Source: Verrucomicrobiota bacterium (GTDB taxonomy: Bacteria > Verrucomicrobiota > Verrucomicrobiia > Limisphaerales > CANJXF01). From it: a DNA stretch of 29,063 nt. Within the stretch, counting starts at the first letter, position 1, and every line of letters begins with the position of its first letter. The DNA is taken from NCBI GenBank assembly GCA_038214755.1, contig JBBQRQ010000063.1, forward strand, positions 1 to 29,063, read 5' to 3'. The notes beneath the pieces are model-generated. The model saw only the letters and a program-made list of their open reading frames with translations. It made no database searches and was not told the DNA's origin. Positions 17,418 to 26,347 of this stretch are shown here, one piece after another. The position numbers were made by a program, and so were the translations under genes.

Positions 17418-18089
17418 ATGGATATTCCTCCCGAAGTGGCGGTGATGACGTTGCCCAATGCAACATTGTTTCCCCAAGCGCTTTTGCCGCTGCATATTTT
17501 CGAGCCGCGTTATCGCCGAATGCTCGCCGATGCGCTGGAATCGGATCGCATGTTTATCGTCGCGATGCAGAAACCGAATTGCTCGCGAGAAAGTCCTTCC
17601 TCGGTCGCGGGGCTTGGGCTGATTCGCGTGGCGGTGGATAATCCCGATGGGACGACGCATTTAATTTTGCAGGGAATGACGCGCGTCGAGCTGGCCGAGA
17701 CCGTTCGTTACAAGCCGTATCGCGTGCAGAAAATTCGCCCGTTGCAAGCCGCACCGAAAGACAACGTGAGAGTCGATGCGCTGCTTGCCAAAGTGCGCGA
17801 CCTCGTTTCGGAACGGATTGAACTAGGGTTTCCCTTTCCATTTCCGTTGAGCAGCAAATCCGGCAAGAAAAAAAGTTCGGGCGCGATGACCATCAAAGAG
17901 ATCGTCCGTTACCTCGACAAATTGCACGACGCGGACCAAGTGGCGGATTTGGTTTCGTGCGCGCTGCTGGCGGGAGCGGTCGAGCGGCAAACCATTTTGG
18001 AAACGGTCGATGTCGAACCGCGCTTGAAACATTTGATTCATTTTTTAATGGCGGAAATCAAACAACACAGAAAAGATAATCTCCCATGA
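17418..18089 (+). CDS. Lon protease substrate-binding (N-terminal) domain protein
   Basis: LPNATLFPQALLPLHIFEPRYRRML, DGTTHLILQGMTRV, ERQTILETVDVEPRL; no ATPase or protease domain. Confidence 0.88.
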   Translation: MDIPPEVAVMTLPNATLFPQALLPLHIFEPRYRRMLADALESDRMFIVAMQKPNCSRESPSSVAGLGLIRVAVDNPDGTTHLILQGMTRVELAETVRYKPYRVQKIRPLQAAPKDNVRVDALLAKVRDLVSERIELGFPFPFPLSSKSGKKKSSGAMTIKEIVRYLDKLHDADQVADLVSCALLAGAVERQTILETVDVEPRLKHLIHFLMAEIKQHRKDNLP

Positions 18090-18574
18090 GCACCAACGAA
18101 CCCACTGCCGATCCGATGGCCAACGCCAGTCGCGAAGAAATCACTTCCGCGCTGTTTGCCAATTTGATTATTCAACAAACCAATATGGCTTTCATGTTTC
18201 TTGGGCGCGTCCCGCATCCAGAGACCGGCGAAGTGGTGCAGGATTTTGAAAGCGCGAAATTTTTTATCGATCAATTGGAAATGATCGAAGTGAAAACCAA
18301 AGGCAACCTCGACAAACGCGAACAGGATTTGCTCAAGCAAAGTCTGACCGGTCTGCGCATGGCGTTCGTCGAGGCGATGGATGGAAAAAACGCACCGCAA
18401 AAAAAACCAATTATCACCTCGACGGGCGAGCCGGCTAAACCGGATGAATCCACCGCGCCGATTTCGCCCGCGCCCGAAACCAAAGTCGCGGCGGCTGAAA
18501 ACAAACCCGCGCCGCCTGAGAATAAACCGGCGCCGGAAGATGAATCGCGGAAAAAGTTTTCGAAGAAATATTGA
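18086..18574 (+). CDS. DUF1844-domain protein
   Basis: AFMFLGRVPHPETGE...AKFFIDQLEMIEVKTKGNLDKREQDLLKQSLTGLRMAFVE; ATGA overlap with the upstream gene. Confidence 0.8.
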   Translation: MSTNEPTADPMANASREEITSALFANLIIQQTNMAFMFLGRVPHPETGEVVQDFESAKFFIDQLEMIEVKTKGNLDKREQDLLKQSLTGLRMAFVEAMDGKNAPQKKPIITSTGEPAKPDESTAPISPAPETKVAAAENKPAPPENKPAPEDESRKKFSKKY

Positions 18575-18705
18575 CGGGTAGCATCTGCCTCCGGCGGGTG
18601 CGAAGACACTTCATTTCGTGTTTGTTCGATTTGAAACATCGAACATCGAAAACGAGATCGAATGATTTTTCCAGCCGCACCCGCCAGAGGCAGATGCTAC
18701 CCGTC
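18573..18705. repeat. REPIN-like element, GGTAGCATCTG family
   Basis: gacgggtagcatctgcctccggcgggtgcg ... cgcacccgccagaggcagatgctacccgtc (30-bp IR, 1 mismatch); overlaps the TGA at 18572-18574. Confidence 0.9.
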
Positions 18706-18739
18706 GCGGTCCAGCGTAAAATTTACGAAGGCAAAATGA

Positions 18740-18968
18740 ATTTACGATTTACGATTTACGCGCGGCCTCTGTAGTGGGGCAGGCTTCCAGCCTGCCACTG
18801 CGGGCATCCTGCCCGCGAACTGCTGAAACGCGGGCTGGAAGCCCGCAGAGGCAGACAAGGATGTCTGCCCCACTAATTCTGCCTCACTGTATTGCCTGCA
18901 AGATTCCGATATTTCTAAACGCTAGGTTTTGTCTTTCGCTCGTAAATCGTAACTCTTAAATCGTAAAT
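18740..18968. repeat. Composite: inverted ATTTACG/CGTAAAT 7-mer arrays enclosing a GTGGGGCAG REPIN (18772-18875)
   Basis: (atttacg)x3 on the left; cgtaaat cgtaact cttaaat cgtaaat on the right; inner tagtggggcaggcttccagcctgcc...ggcagacaaggatgtctgccccacta. Confidence 0.82.
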
Positions 18969-18971
18969 CCC

Positions 18972-20054
18972 TCATTTCGCGGGAGGTTTTTCAAGCGGTA
19001 TCGGTAAAAGTTTTTTTTCTCTCTTTTCTTCGCCGATGATTTCCACCTTCGCTTCTTTCTTAATCTTCTCGAAATATTCCGGCACCAATTTCTGCGTTTC
19101 CTGTTGGGCCAAACCTTCCTTCAAATCCGGCAGGACTTTGGCAAACTCCACTTTTTCCGGCGGAATTTTTTGGAGCAACTTGATGACGTGAAAACCGAGT
19201 CGCGTCTCCACCACGTCGCTGACTTGATTCGTCTTGAGCGAAAAGGCGGCGGTCTCAAATTCCGGCACGCCCAACTCGCCTCGCGCAAAAGGAGGCAGTT
19301 CGCCATCTTTTGCTTTTGATCCCGGGTCTTCCGAAAATTCTTTCGCCAGCTTCCCGAAATCTTCGCCCTTCGCCGCGCGCTCCTTCAATCTTTTCGCCAG
19401 TTGCTCCTGCTCTTTTTTTTTCGCGGCGGGCAAAGGTTGTCCGCTGTTTTTTTCCACAGTGGAAATTAAAATGTGCGCCACGCGAACCGTTTCCGGTCGC
19501 TCGAAACGCGCCGGATTTTCGTCATAAAACTTTTTGGCCTGTTCCTCGGTGATGTTGACGTTGGCCTTTACCTCGCGCTGGATGACGACTTCGCAAAGGG
19601 TTTGCTCGTAAGCGCGGGTGCGAAACTGTTCGGGCGAGATGCCCGTGGCTTTTAACTGTTGAACGAACATCTCTTCGTTGGGAAATTCTTTTTTCGCGTT
19701 GGCGACCAGTTTATCAGTGCCCTCGCTGGCTTTCTTTTTGTCTTCCTCGGTCGCCCGGCCCATCAACACTTTCGTAATCACCAGCCGCTGCAAAAGGTTG
19801 GATTCGACGTTCGAGCGTTCTCCCTCGGTCACCGTGTTCCCACGCGACGCCATGTTGGCTTTATAATCGATGAAGGTGTTTTCAACTTCGCTCTGTCTAA
19901 TTTCAAAACCTGTGCCTTTGGCCACGACCGGGTCCGCAAAAAGAGCGTTTGGTTTGTTCGTCGCCGCCGGATTTGTCACAGCGACAACATTTGCGCCGGA
20001 GAGAAGCGTCAGGCCAAGAACACTCGCGTAGGTTAATTTCAAAATATTTTTCAT
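18972..20054 (-). CDS. Exported parvulin-type peptidyl-prolyl isomerase (PrsA/SurA-like foldase)
   Basis: Signal peptide; VRVAHILI, GEDFGKLAKEFSEDPGS..DGEL, PEFETAAF, VSDVVETRLGFHVIKL. Confidence 0.9.
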   Translation of the reverse strand: MKNILKLTYASVLGLTLLSGANVVAVTNPAATNKPNALFADPVVAKGTGFEIRQSEVENTFIDYKANMASRGNTVTEGERSNVESNLLQRLVITKVLMGRATEEDKKKASEGTDKLVANAKKEFPNEEMFVQQLKATGISPEQFRTRAYEQTLCEVVIQREVKANVNITEEQAKKFYDENPARFERPETVRVAHILISTVEKNSGQPLPAAKKKEQEQLAKRLKERAAKGEDFGKLAKEFSEDPGSKAKDGELPPFARGELGVPEFETAAFSLKTNQVSDVVETRLGFHVIKLLQKIPPEKVEFAKVLPDLKEGLAQQETQKLVPEYFEKIKKEAKVEIIGEEKREKKLLPIPLEKPPAK

Positions 20055-20063
20055 TTGGTTATT

Positions 20064-21659
20064 TTACAATTTGACGACACGAACGTTGCTGATGTCCGGG
20101 TCTTTCTTAATTTCATCCAACAAAGAGGACGGCGGAACGCTGTCGAGGTTCAAAACGGTCAGGGCCTCCCCGCCCGCCGCGTCGCGACTCAAGCTCATGC
20201 TCGCGATGTTGACGTTGTGTTTGGCCATCAGCGTCCCAATGTAACCGACGATGCCCGGACGATCTTTATTGTTCATCATAAAGACTACGCCGTTGGGGAA
20301 AAATTCCGTGGGCTGGCTGTAGAGTCGGACGATGCGCGGATTATTCGGCGAACCAAAAAACGTTCCGCCCGCCGAAACTTTTTCGTTGCCAGCATGAACG
20401 GAGACGTGCAGCCATTCGTTGAATGTGACGGGCTCGTCGGATTTTTTTTCCTCGATGGAAATTCCCGCTGCCGCCGCCGCCGCGCGAACGTTGACGTTGT
20501 TGACATCCTTGATCGCCGCCGTTTGTAAAAAACCGAGCAAAATGGCGCGAGTGATCGGATCAATGTTCGGCAACTCTCGAGCATGTCCGCCGTAAGTGAT
20601 GCGGATGCATTCAACATTGGGAGGAGAAAGTTGACTCAACAATTTGCCCAGTTTTTCGCCGAGCAAAAGATACGGCTGCACCTGCTCGAAAGTTTTCGCG
20701 TCGATGAACGGGAGATTGACTGCGTTCCGCACTTCGCCAGTGAGCAAATAGGCCGCGATAATTTCCGCCACTTCGATGCCGCATTTTTCCTGCGCTTCGG
20801 CCGTGCTCGCGCCCAGATGCGGTGTGAGCAAAATATTTGGCAATTTTCGAAACGGGTGATCGGCGGGAAGCGGCTCGACGGAAAAAACATCCAGCGCCAC
20901 GCCCCCGACTTTTTTTGTTTCGAGCGCGGCGATCAAATCTTTTTCCTCGATAATTTCGCCGCGCGCGCAATTGACGATGCGCACGCCCGGTTTCATTTTG
21001 GCAAAAGCGGCGGCGTTCAACATCCCGCGAGTCTGGTCCGTCACCGGCATGTGAACCGTGATGAAGTCTGCCGAACTATAAATGGCGTCGGCATCGGGAA
21101 CCAGTTCCACGCCGAGTTGGCGCGCGCGGGCTTCCGTCAAAAATGGATCGTAGGCGAGAACGCGCATGTTGAAGGCGAGCGCCCGCCGGGCGACTTCTCC
21201 TCCGATCCGGCCCATGCCGAGAACGCCCAAAGTTTTTCCGTTGAGTTCTGTGCCTTGAAAAAGTTTGCGGTCCCATTTTCCTGCGACCATTGATTCATGC
21301 GCCGGGCCGATGTGCCGGGCCAGCGAGCCGAGCATGAAAAAAGTTAATTCCGCTGTCGTGACCGTGTTGCCGCCCGGCGTGTTCATCACCACGACACCTC
21401 GTTGCGTCGCTGCTTCCACGTCCACATTGTCCACGCCGACTCCGGCGCGTCCCACCACGCGCAACTTCGGCGCGGCTTCGAGAATTTTTTTTGTGACCTT
21501 CGTTTCCGAACGAACGACCATGGCTTCGGCTTCGGCGACGAGCGGGAGAAGTTCAGCTTCAGACAAACGCTTCTCTAAAACAGTGACTTTGAATTCGGGC
21601 CGTTGGCGAAACAGAGCGATGCCTTTTGGAGAAATTGGGTCGCAAATCAACACGTTCAT
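20064..21659 (-). CDS. serA: D-3-phosphoglycerate dehydrogenase (long form with ASB and ACT domains)
   Basis: GRAGVGVDNVD, GVLGMGRIG, NCARGEI, TPHLGAST.EAQ, C-terminal NKDRPGIVG..NIASMSL. Confidence 0.95.
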   Translation of the reverse strand: MNVLICDPISPKGIALFRQRPEFKVTVLEKRLSEAELLPLVAEAEAMVVRSETKVTKKILEAAPKLRVVGRAGVGVDNVDVEAATQRGVVVMNTPGGNTVTTAELTFFMLGSLARHIGPAHESMVAGKWDRKLFQGTELNGKTLGVLGMGRIGGEVARRALAFNMRVLAYDPFLTEARARQLGVELVPDADAIYSSADFITVHMPVTDQTRGMLNAAAFAKMKPGVRIVNCARGEIIEEKDLIAALETKKVGGVALDVFSVEPLPADHPFRKLPNILLTPHLGASTAEAQEKCGIEVAEIIAAYLLTGEVRNAVNLPFIDAKTFEQVQPYLLLGEKLGKLLSQLSPPNVECIRITYGGHARELPNIDPITRAILLGFLQTAAIKDVNNVNVRAAAAAAGISIEEKKSDEPVTFNEWLHVSVHAGNEKVSAGGTFFGSPNNPRIVRLYSQPTEFFPNGVVFMMNNKDRPGIVGYIGTLMAKHNVNIASMSLSRDAAGGEALTVLNLDSVPPSSLLDEIKKDPDISNVRVVKL

Positions 21660-21673
21660 AAAAATGAAGGCGC

Positions 21674-21702
21674 AGTCTAGGTAAAGCGTTTTGGCGGGTC
21701 AA
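21674..21702 (-). promoter_or_regulatory. Candidate sigma70 promoter of serA
   Basis: Minus strand TTGACC-17-TAGACT, 14 nt upstream of the ATG. Confidence 0.5.
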
Positions 21703-21777
21703 ACAATCAAACGGATGGGGAATCATCGGCTACACGTTTGCTAAATCCTTCGTCGATGTGCTAACTACTTTCTACCG

Positions 21778-23646
21778 ATGACAACGCCGAACGCAGACTC
21801 AGAAAAAAATAAAACCACAGAGTCGGTGCAAGCCAACGCCAGCGCGAACATTCACCTGCAATCCGGCGCGTCGGATTTTATTCGTGACATCGTTGCGAAG
21901 GATTTGCAGTCGGGGAAATACCAAAAGATCGTCACGCGTTTTCCGCCGGAGCCAAATGGATATTTGCACATTGGCCACGCCAAATCCATTTGTCTGAATT
22001 TCGGAATCGCGCGCGAATTCAACGGAGTTTGCAATCTGCGGATGGATGATACAAATCCAGCGAAGGAAGATCTCGAATATGTTGATTCAATTCAGGAAGA
22101 CGTCCGCTGGTTAATCGGCGGTTGGGCGGAAGAGGTTCTTGGTTTAGTCAAGGTAGGGCAGGCGTCTCGCCTGCCTGGCGAGCGCGCAGACGCGAGCAGG
22201 GAGGCATCGCCTCTTGTTTCGCGGGAGATGGGCAGGCGAGACGGCTGCCCTACTTTAGAACCCTTTTACGCTTCAGATTATTTCGAGCAGATTTTTAATT
22301 ACGCCATCGAACTGATCAAAGCGGGCAAAGCCTACGTCTGCGATTTATCTCCGAAAGAAACTGACGAATATCGCGGCGCGCCGGATCGCCCTGGAAAAGA
22401 GAGTCCGTGGCGCAATCGTTCCATTGCAGAGAACCTCGATTTGTTTCAGCGAATGCGCGCGGGCGAATTTCCCGATGGCGCGAGAACGTTGCGCGCGAAA
22501 ATCGACATGGCCTCGCCGAATGTCTGGTTGCGCGACCCGTTGTTGTATCGCATTCGTCACACCGCGCATCATCACACCGGCGATGCCTGGTGCATCTATC
22601 CGATGTACGATTTCGCGCATTGCCTGAGCGACAGCATCGAAGGCGTGACCCATTCGATTTGCACTCTGGAATTTGAAGTGCATCGACCGCTTTACGATTG
22701 GATTTTGGAAAATTTGCCCGTGCCGCAACCGCGTCCGCACCAATACGAATTCGCGCGGCTCAATTTAACTTTCACCGTGATGAGCAAACGCAAGCTCATG
22801 CAACTCGTCACCGAAAAACTCGTCACCGGCTGGGACGATCCGCGAATGCCGACGATTTCTGGTTTGCGTCGTCGCGGTGTGACCGCCAGTGCGTTGCGCA
22901 ATTTTGCCTATCACATTGGCGTCACGAAATACAACGGCCTCACCGATGTGGCCGTGCTCGAACACGCCATTCGCGAAGACTTGAATAAAAATGCGCTGCG
23001 TCGGCTCGCCGTGTTGCGACCGATCAAAGTGGTCATCACGAATTTTCCTGAAAGTAAAATTGAGGAACTTGACGCGGCCAATAATCCCGAAGACGAGAAC
23101 GCGGGCAAACGCAAAATTCCTTTCAGCCGCGAAATTTTTATTGAGCAGGATGATTTCAAAGAAACGCCTCCGCCAAAATATTTTCGCCTGCGCCCCGGCG
23201 GCGAAGTGCGTTTGAAATACGCCTACATCATCAAGTGCGAGGAAGTGATTAAAGATGAGTCTGGCCACCTAATCGAACTTCGCTGCACCGCCGATCTCGA
23301 CAGCAAAACCGGCGGCGCAACGGCGGGCCGCAAAATTAAAGGAACGATTCATTGGGTCAGCGTCGCTCATGCGATTGATGCCGAAGTGCGCCTTTACGAC
23401 CGCCTCTTCACCGTGGCCGAACCGGATGCCGCCGGTGATTTCAAAGCGCACATCAATCCGAATTCCCTCGAAGTCGTGACCGCGAAACTTGAACCCAGTT
23501 TGAAAAATGCAAAACCCGAAGAGCGTTACCAATTCGAGCGCCTCGCCTATTTCGCTTTGGATAAAGACAGCGCGTCTGGCCATTTGGTCTTTAACCGCAC
23601 GATCACGTTGAAAGACGCCTGGGCGAAGGAAGCGCAGAAGATTTAG
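21778..23646 (+). CDS. glnS: Glutamine-tRNA ligase with a repeat-derived in-frame insertion
   Basis: [58 protein letters not shown]-like YQFERLAYF. Confidence 0.96.
   Translation: MTTPNADSEKNKTTESVQANASANIHLQSGASDFIRDIVAKDLQSGKYQKIVTRFPPEPNGYLHIGHAKSICLNFGIAREFNGVCNLRMDDTNPAKEDLEYVDSIQEDVRWLIGGWAEEVLGLVKVGQASRLPGERADASREASPLVSREMGRRDGCPTLEPFYASDYFEQIFNYAIELIKAGKAYVCDLSPKETDEYRGAPDRPGKESPWRNRSIAENLDLFQRMRAGEFPDGARTLRAKIDMASPNVWLRDPLLYRIRHTAHHHTGDAWCIYPMYDFAHCLSDSIEGVTHSICTLEFEVHRPLYDWILENLPVPQPRPHQYEFARLNLTFTVMSKRKLMQLVTEKLVTGWDDPRMPTISGLRRRGVTASALRNFAYHIGVTKYNGLTDVAVLEHAIREDLNKNALRRLAVLRPIKVVITNFPESKIEELDAANNPEDENAGKRKIPFSREIFIEQDDFKETPPPKYFRLRPGGEVRLKYAYIIKCEEVIKDESGHLIELRCTADLDSKTGGATAGRKIKGTIHWVSVAHAIDAEVRLYDRLFTVAEPDAAGDFKAHINPNSLEVVTAKLEPSLKNAKPEERYQFERLAYFALDKDSASGHLVFNRTITLKDAWAKEAQKI
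22153..22253. repeat. GTAGGGCAGGC-family REPIN inside the glnS coding sequence
   Basis: gtagggcaggcgtctcgcctgcc ... ggcaggcgagacggctgccctac; same family as 3785-3935. Confidence 0.92.
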
Positions 23647-23679
23647 TGGTTCGGCTCGGAGAGGCGTCATCATGGTCAG

Positions 23680-23771
23680 GACGACAAAGTGTCAAAACGA
23701 ACTCTCTTTTTCTCGCGTTGCCCCGAAATCCGATCGGCAAGATTTTGAAAACGGCTTTGCGCAAAATGGCC
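23680..23771 (+). pseudogene. Possible relic of an acyl-CoA ligase (AMP-binding) C terminus
   Basis: DDKVSKRTLFF then, after a 1-nt frame slip, ALPRNPIGKILKTALRKMA; resembles YKVPK...LPRNxxGKILK. Confidence 0.45.
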
Positions 23772-23834
23772 AGAAACCCTTTTAGGCAAGTAGTCGCGCT
23801 TGACCCAAAGAGAAACGCTTGCAACTATTTTTCT

Positions 23835-24068
23835 ATGCCAAAGGCACTCGAAGAAGTCACCAAAGAAGCGATGGATCTTTCGCCACGTCAGAGGATCGCA
23901 CTCGCAGGATTCCTGCTGGAGAGCGCCGATGCAGCGGGTGAGCCCGGGGCTGAGACTGCATGGGATTCGGAGATTCGTGACCGCATCCGCGCCATAGACG
24001 AAGGCCGCGTGGTCGGCATCGCCTACGAGGGCGTCATGCGAGAGGCAGAGAGGCGATTGGCTCCGTGA
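23835..24068 (+). CDS. Putative addiction-module antitoxin
   Basis: AMDLSPRQRIALAGFLLES...AWDSEIRDRIRAIDEGRVVGI pattern; GTGA overlap with the toxin; start at ATG 23835. Confidence 0.82.
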   Translation: MPKALEEVTKEAMDLSPRQRIALAGFLLESADAAGEPGAETAWDSEIRDRIRAIDEGRVVGIAYEGVMREAERRLAP

Positions 24069-24367
24069 CGATCCGTTTCGTCGATGAGGTTCAGCGTGAG
24101 TTTCTTGATGCGATCTCAGAATACGAGGAGGCTCGCGGTGGACTCGGAGAACGCTTCAAGGATGAGGTGGATCGATGCGTCTTGTGGATTGCGGACCATC
24201 CGGAGCTATACCCCCTGCGACCCGGATCATACCGTCGCATCAACCTGCGCGTATTTCCTTATTACATACCTTACATCGTCAGAGAGCAGACTCTTTGGAT
24301 TTTAGCCATAGCTCATGCCAGCCGCAGACCGCTGTATTGGATTTCCCGGCGCAACGAAATCACCTAA
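24065..24367 (+). CDS. RelE/ParE-family toxin
   Basis: EFLDAISEYEE..GLGERFKDEV..IADHP..YRRINLRVFPYYIPY..ILAIAHASRRPLYW. Confidence 0.87.
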   Translation: MTIRFVDEVQREFLDAISEYEEARGGLGERFKDEVDRCVLWIADHPELYPLRPGSYRRINLRVFPYYIPYIVREQTLWILAIAHASRRPLYWISRRNEIT

Positions 24368-24426
24368 CCCTGTGTGAGTTGGAGAACGAGGTTGGATCAG
24401 CACGGGAAAAGGGTTGTTGCTACTCC

Positions 24427-24648
24427 ATTTAACCCGAACTCCGAAGGAGCGGCGGCGATGGCAAAGGTAGAACAGGCCACTGGCCTGTGCCGAGCGGCGA
24501 CTCGCCGCTCGGAACGGAAAAACCACGTGAACTTTTCAGTGCGCTTGTTTCCAATCGCGACGTCCTTTCCATTCCGTCCGGCCAGTGGCCGGAGGGTACG
24601 GGCGAGTTGCCCGTGCTACCCATTCCAACTTCGGAGTTTTGGTTAAAT
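24427..24648. repeat. Composite: outer ATTTAACCCGAACTCCGAAG IR enclosing a GGTAG REPIN (24466-24620)
   Basis: atttaacccgaactccgaag ... cttcggagttttggttaaat; inner ggtagaacaggccactggcctgtgcc...ggtacgggcgagttgcccgtgctacc. Confidence 0.82.
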
Positions 24649-24761
24649 TCTTTAAATCGCTCCCTTTTCCCGCCGCCTTTTCCCCCCTTGACGCTCTGGA
24701 TAAGCCCCTCGTAATCTAGGCGCACCCGCAAGGCGCATGAGGCGATTTGCGGAAAAATTTT

Positions 24762-24935
24762 ATGCCTGAAGGATATTGTGTTAAGTGCAAAGCAAAAAAG
24801 GAAATTACCGACGCCGTCGAGGAAACGATGAAAAATGGGCGTAAAGCGATCAAAGGACGCTGCCCGACCTGCGGCACCGTCATGTTTAAAATCCTCGGAG
24901 GCAAAGCCGCTCCCAAACCCACTCCGACGAGTTGA
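24762..24935 (+). CDS. Small zinc-ribbon protein (DUF5679-like)
   Basis: YCVKCK...MKNGRKAIKGRCPTCGTVMFKI; ATG at 24762. Confidence 0.82.
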   Translation: MPEGYCVKCKAKKEITDAVEETMKNGRKAIKGRCPTCGTVMFKILGGKAAPKPTPTS

Positions 24936-24938
24936 TTT

Positions 24939-26111
24939 ATGTCACAACAACTCGCCTACGTCATCATCACGCCGTATTCGTTGCATAAATCGCGGACGGG
25001 TGGAATTTTCGCGCGCTTGATCACCCGCACTGGCTTGGAATTGGTCGGCGCGCGGCTGTTCGGACCGAGCGCGGAATTAGTTCAGCAATATTCTGAGGTG
25101 ATCGTTTCCGCGGCCGACTCGCAAGACCGGCAAATCCAGGAACTCATTCGCGATTACATTTTAAAAAATCTTTCGCCCGACCCAAAAACCGGGAAACGCC
25201 GCCGCGTCATGATGCTGCTTTTCAAAGGCGAAGACGCGGTGCGCAAAGTCCGTTCGGTCATCGGCAACATCAACGCAAATCGAACGGGTGGCGAAACCAT
25301 TCGGGACACGTTTGGCGATTTGATCCTCGGAGAAAATGGGCAGGTGCGTTATTTCGAGCCGGCGGTGCTGGCCGCGCCGAATTTGGAAGAGGCGGAAGTT
25401 AAATTAAAACTTTGGGCGCGTTACTCGGATAACGACGGAGGCGTGTTGGAAAACTTGATCGATTACGCTCCCGGCGAAAAACCGCAACGCACCTTAGTTT
25501 TGATCAAGCCGGACAATTTCCGTTTCGCCACTGGCCGGCCCGGCAATGTCATCGATTTTTTTTCGCGCACGGGTCTTTACATCGTAGGAATCAAGGTTCA
25601 CCGCATGAGTGTGGCGGAGGCGGCGGAATTTTACGGGCCGGTTCGGGAAGTTTTGCGGACCAAACTCAAGGACATGGTGGCCTCGAAAGCCCGCGCCGCC
25701 ATCGAGAAGGAACTTGGCTTCAAAGTCCCTGCCGAAGAAGAAAAACAGTTGGGCGAAATTCTCGGACCACTTTTTGGTGACAATCAATTCGATAACATCG
25801 TGCGGTTCATGGCGGGCCGTTCGCCCAGCGAATGTGACGCGGCGACGATAAAGGAGCCAGGCACGGAAAAATGTATCGCGCTGGTTTATGAAGGCGTGGA
25901 AGCCGTGCGGAAAATCCGGGATGTCCTCGGCCCGACTGATCCCTCCAAAGCGCCGCCTGGATCCATTCGCCGTGAGTTCGGCCAAACCATCATGGTCAAC
26001 GCCGCGCACGCCAGCGACTCCGAAGAAAATGCGCAACGCGAAATGAAAATCGTCAACGTGGGCGAGAATAATTTCCGGCACGAGATCGAAGAGTTTTACG
26101 GAAAATTGTAA
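24939..26111 (+). CDS. ndk: Nucleoside-diphosphate kinase, tandem two-domain form
   Basis: Second domain RTLVLIKPD ... LGPTDPSKAPPGSIRREFG..NAAHASDS; first domain is NDK-like (YVIITPY..AVRKVRSVIG..TIRDTFG). Confidence 0.82.
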   Translation: MSQQLAYVIITPYSLHKSRTGGIFARLITRTGLELVGARLFGPSAELVQQYSEVIVSAADSQDRQIQELIRDYILKNLSPDPKTGKRRRVMMLLFKGEDAVRKVRSVIGNINANRTGGETIRDTFGDLILGENGQVRYFEPAVLAAPNLEEAEVKLKLWARYSDNDGGVLENLIDYAPGEKPQRTLVLIKPDNFRFATGRPGNVIDFFSRTGLYIVGIKVHRMSVAEAAEFYGPVREVLRTKLKDMVASKARAAIEKELGFKVPAEEEKQLGEILGPLFGDNQFDNIVRFMAGRSPSECDAATIKEPGTEKCIALVYEGVEAVRKIRDVLGPTDPSKAPPGSIRREFGQTIMVNAAHASDSEENAQREMKIVNVGENNFRHEIEEFYGKL

Positions 26112-26151
26112 CCGGAAATTTCCACTGAGAAATCGTTGGAAGGAACGTAAC

Positions 26152-26277
26152 TTGGACTGCGCCGGCACGACGCCGCTTTTCCTGCACGCGCTGCCGACAG
26201 GTAAAGCTAATCGAAACTTGCTGAGCCTCTCTTTTTCCACCGCGCAGCGAAAGCGGGGACATATCCCCGCACGCCAA
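26152..26277. repeat. MITE/REPIN-like element, TTGGA(G/C)TGCG family (second copy)
   Basis: ttggactgcgccggcacgacgccgcttttcc ... aaagcggggacatatccccgcacgccaa; interior alignable to 14377-14503 in reverse. Confidence 0.88.
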
Positions 26278-26347
26278 AAACGCCGAGCGTTCCGCCACGC
26301 ATTGATTGCCGCTTGGCCTCTTTGTCTCCTTGGGTAACTTCTCTCCA

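Noticed and set aside
22100..22270. Intein or self-splicing intron in glnS
   Set aside because: Too short, lacks intein terminal residues and group I/II core features; it matches an intergenic repeat family.
23646..23834. N-terminal extension of the antitoxin ORF
   Set aside because: The family-like sequence starts at ATG 23835; the upstream part is better explained as relic or non-coding DNA.
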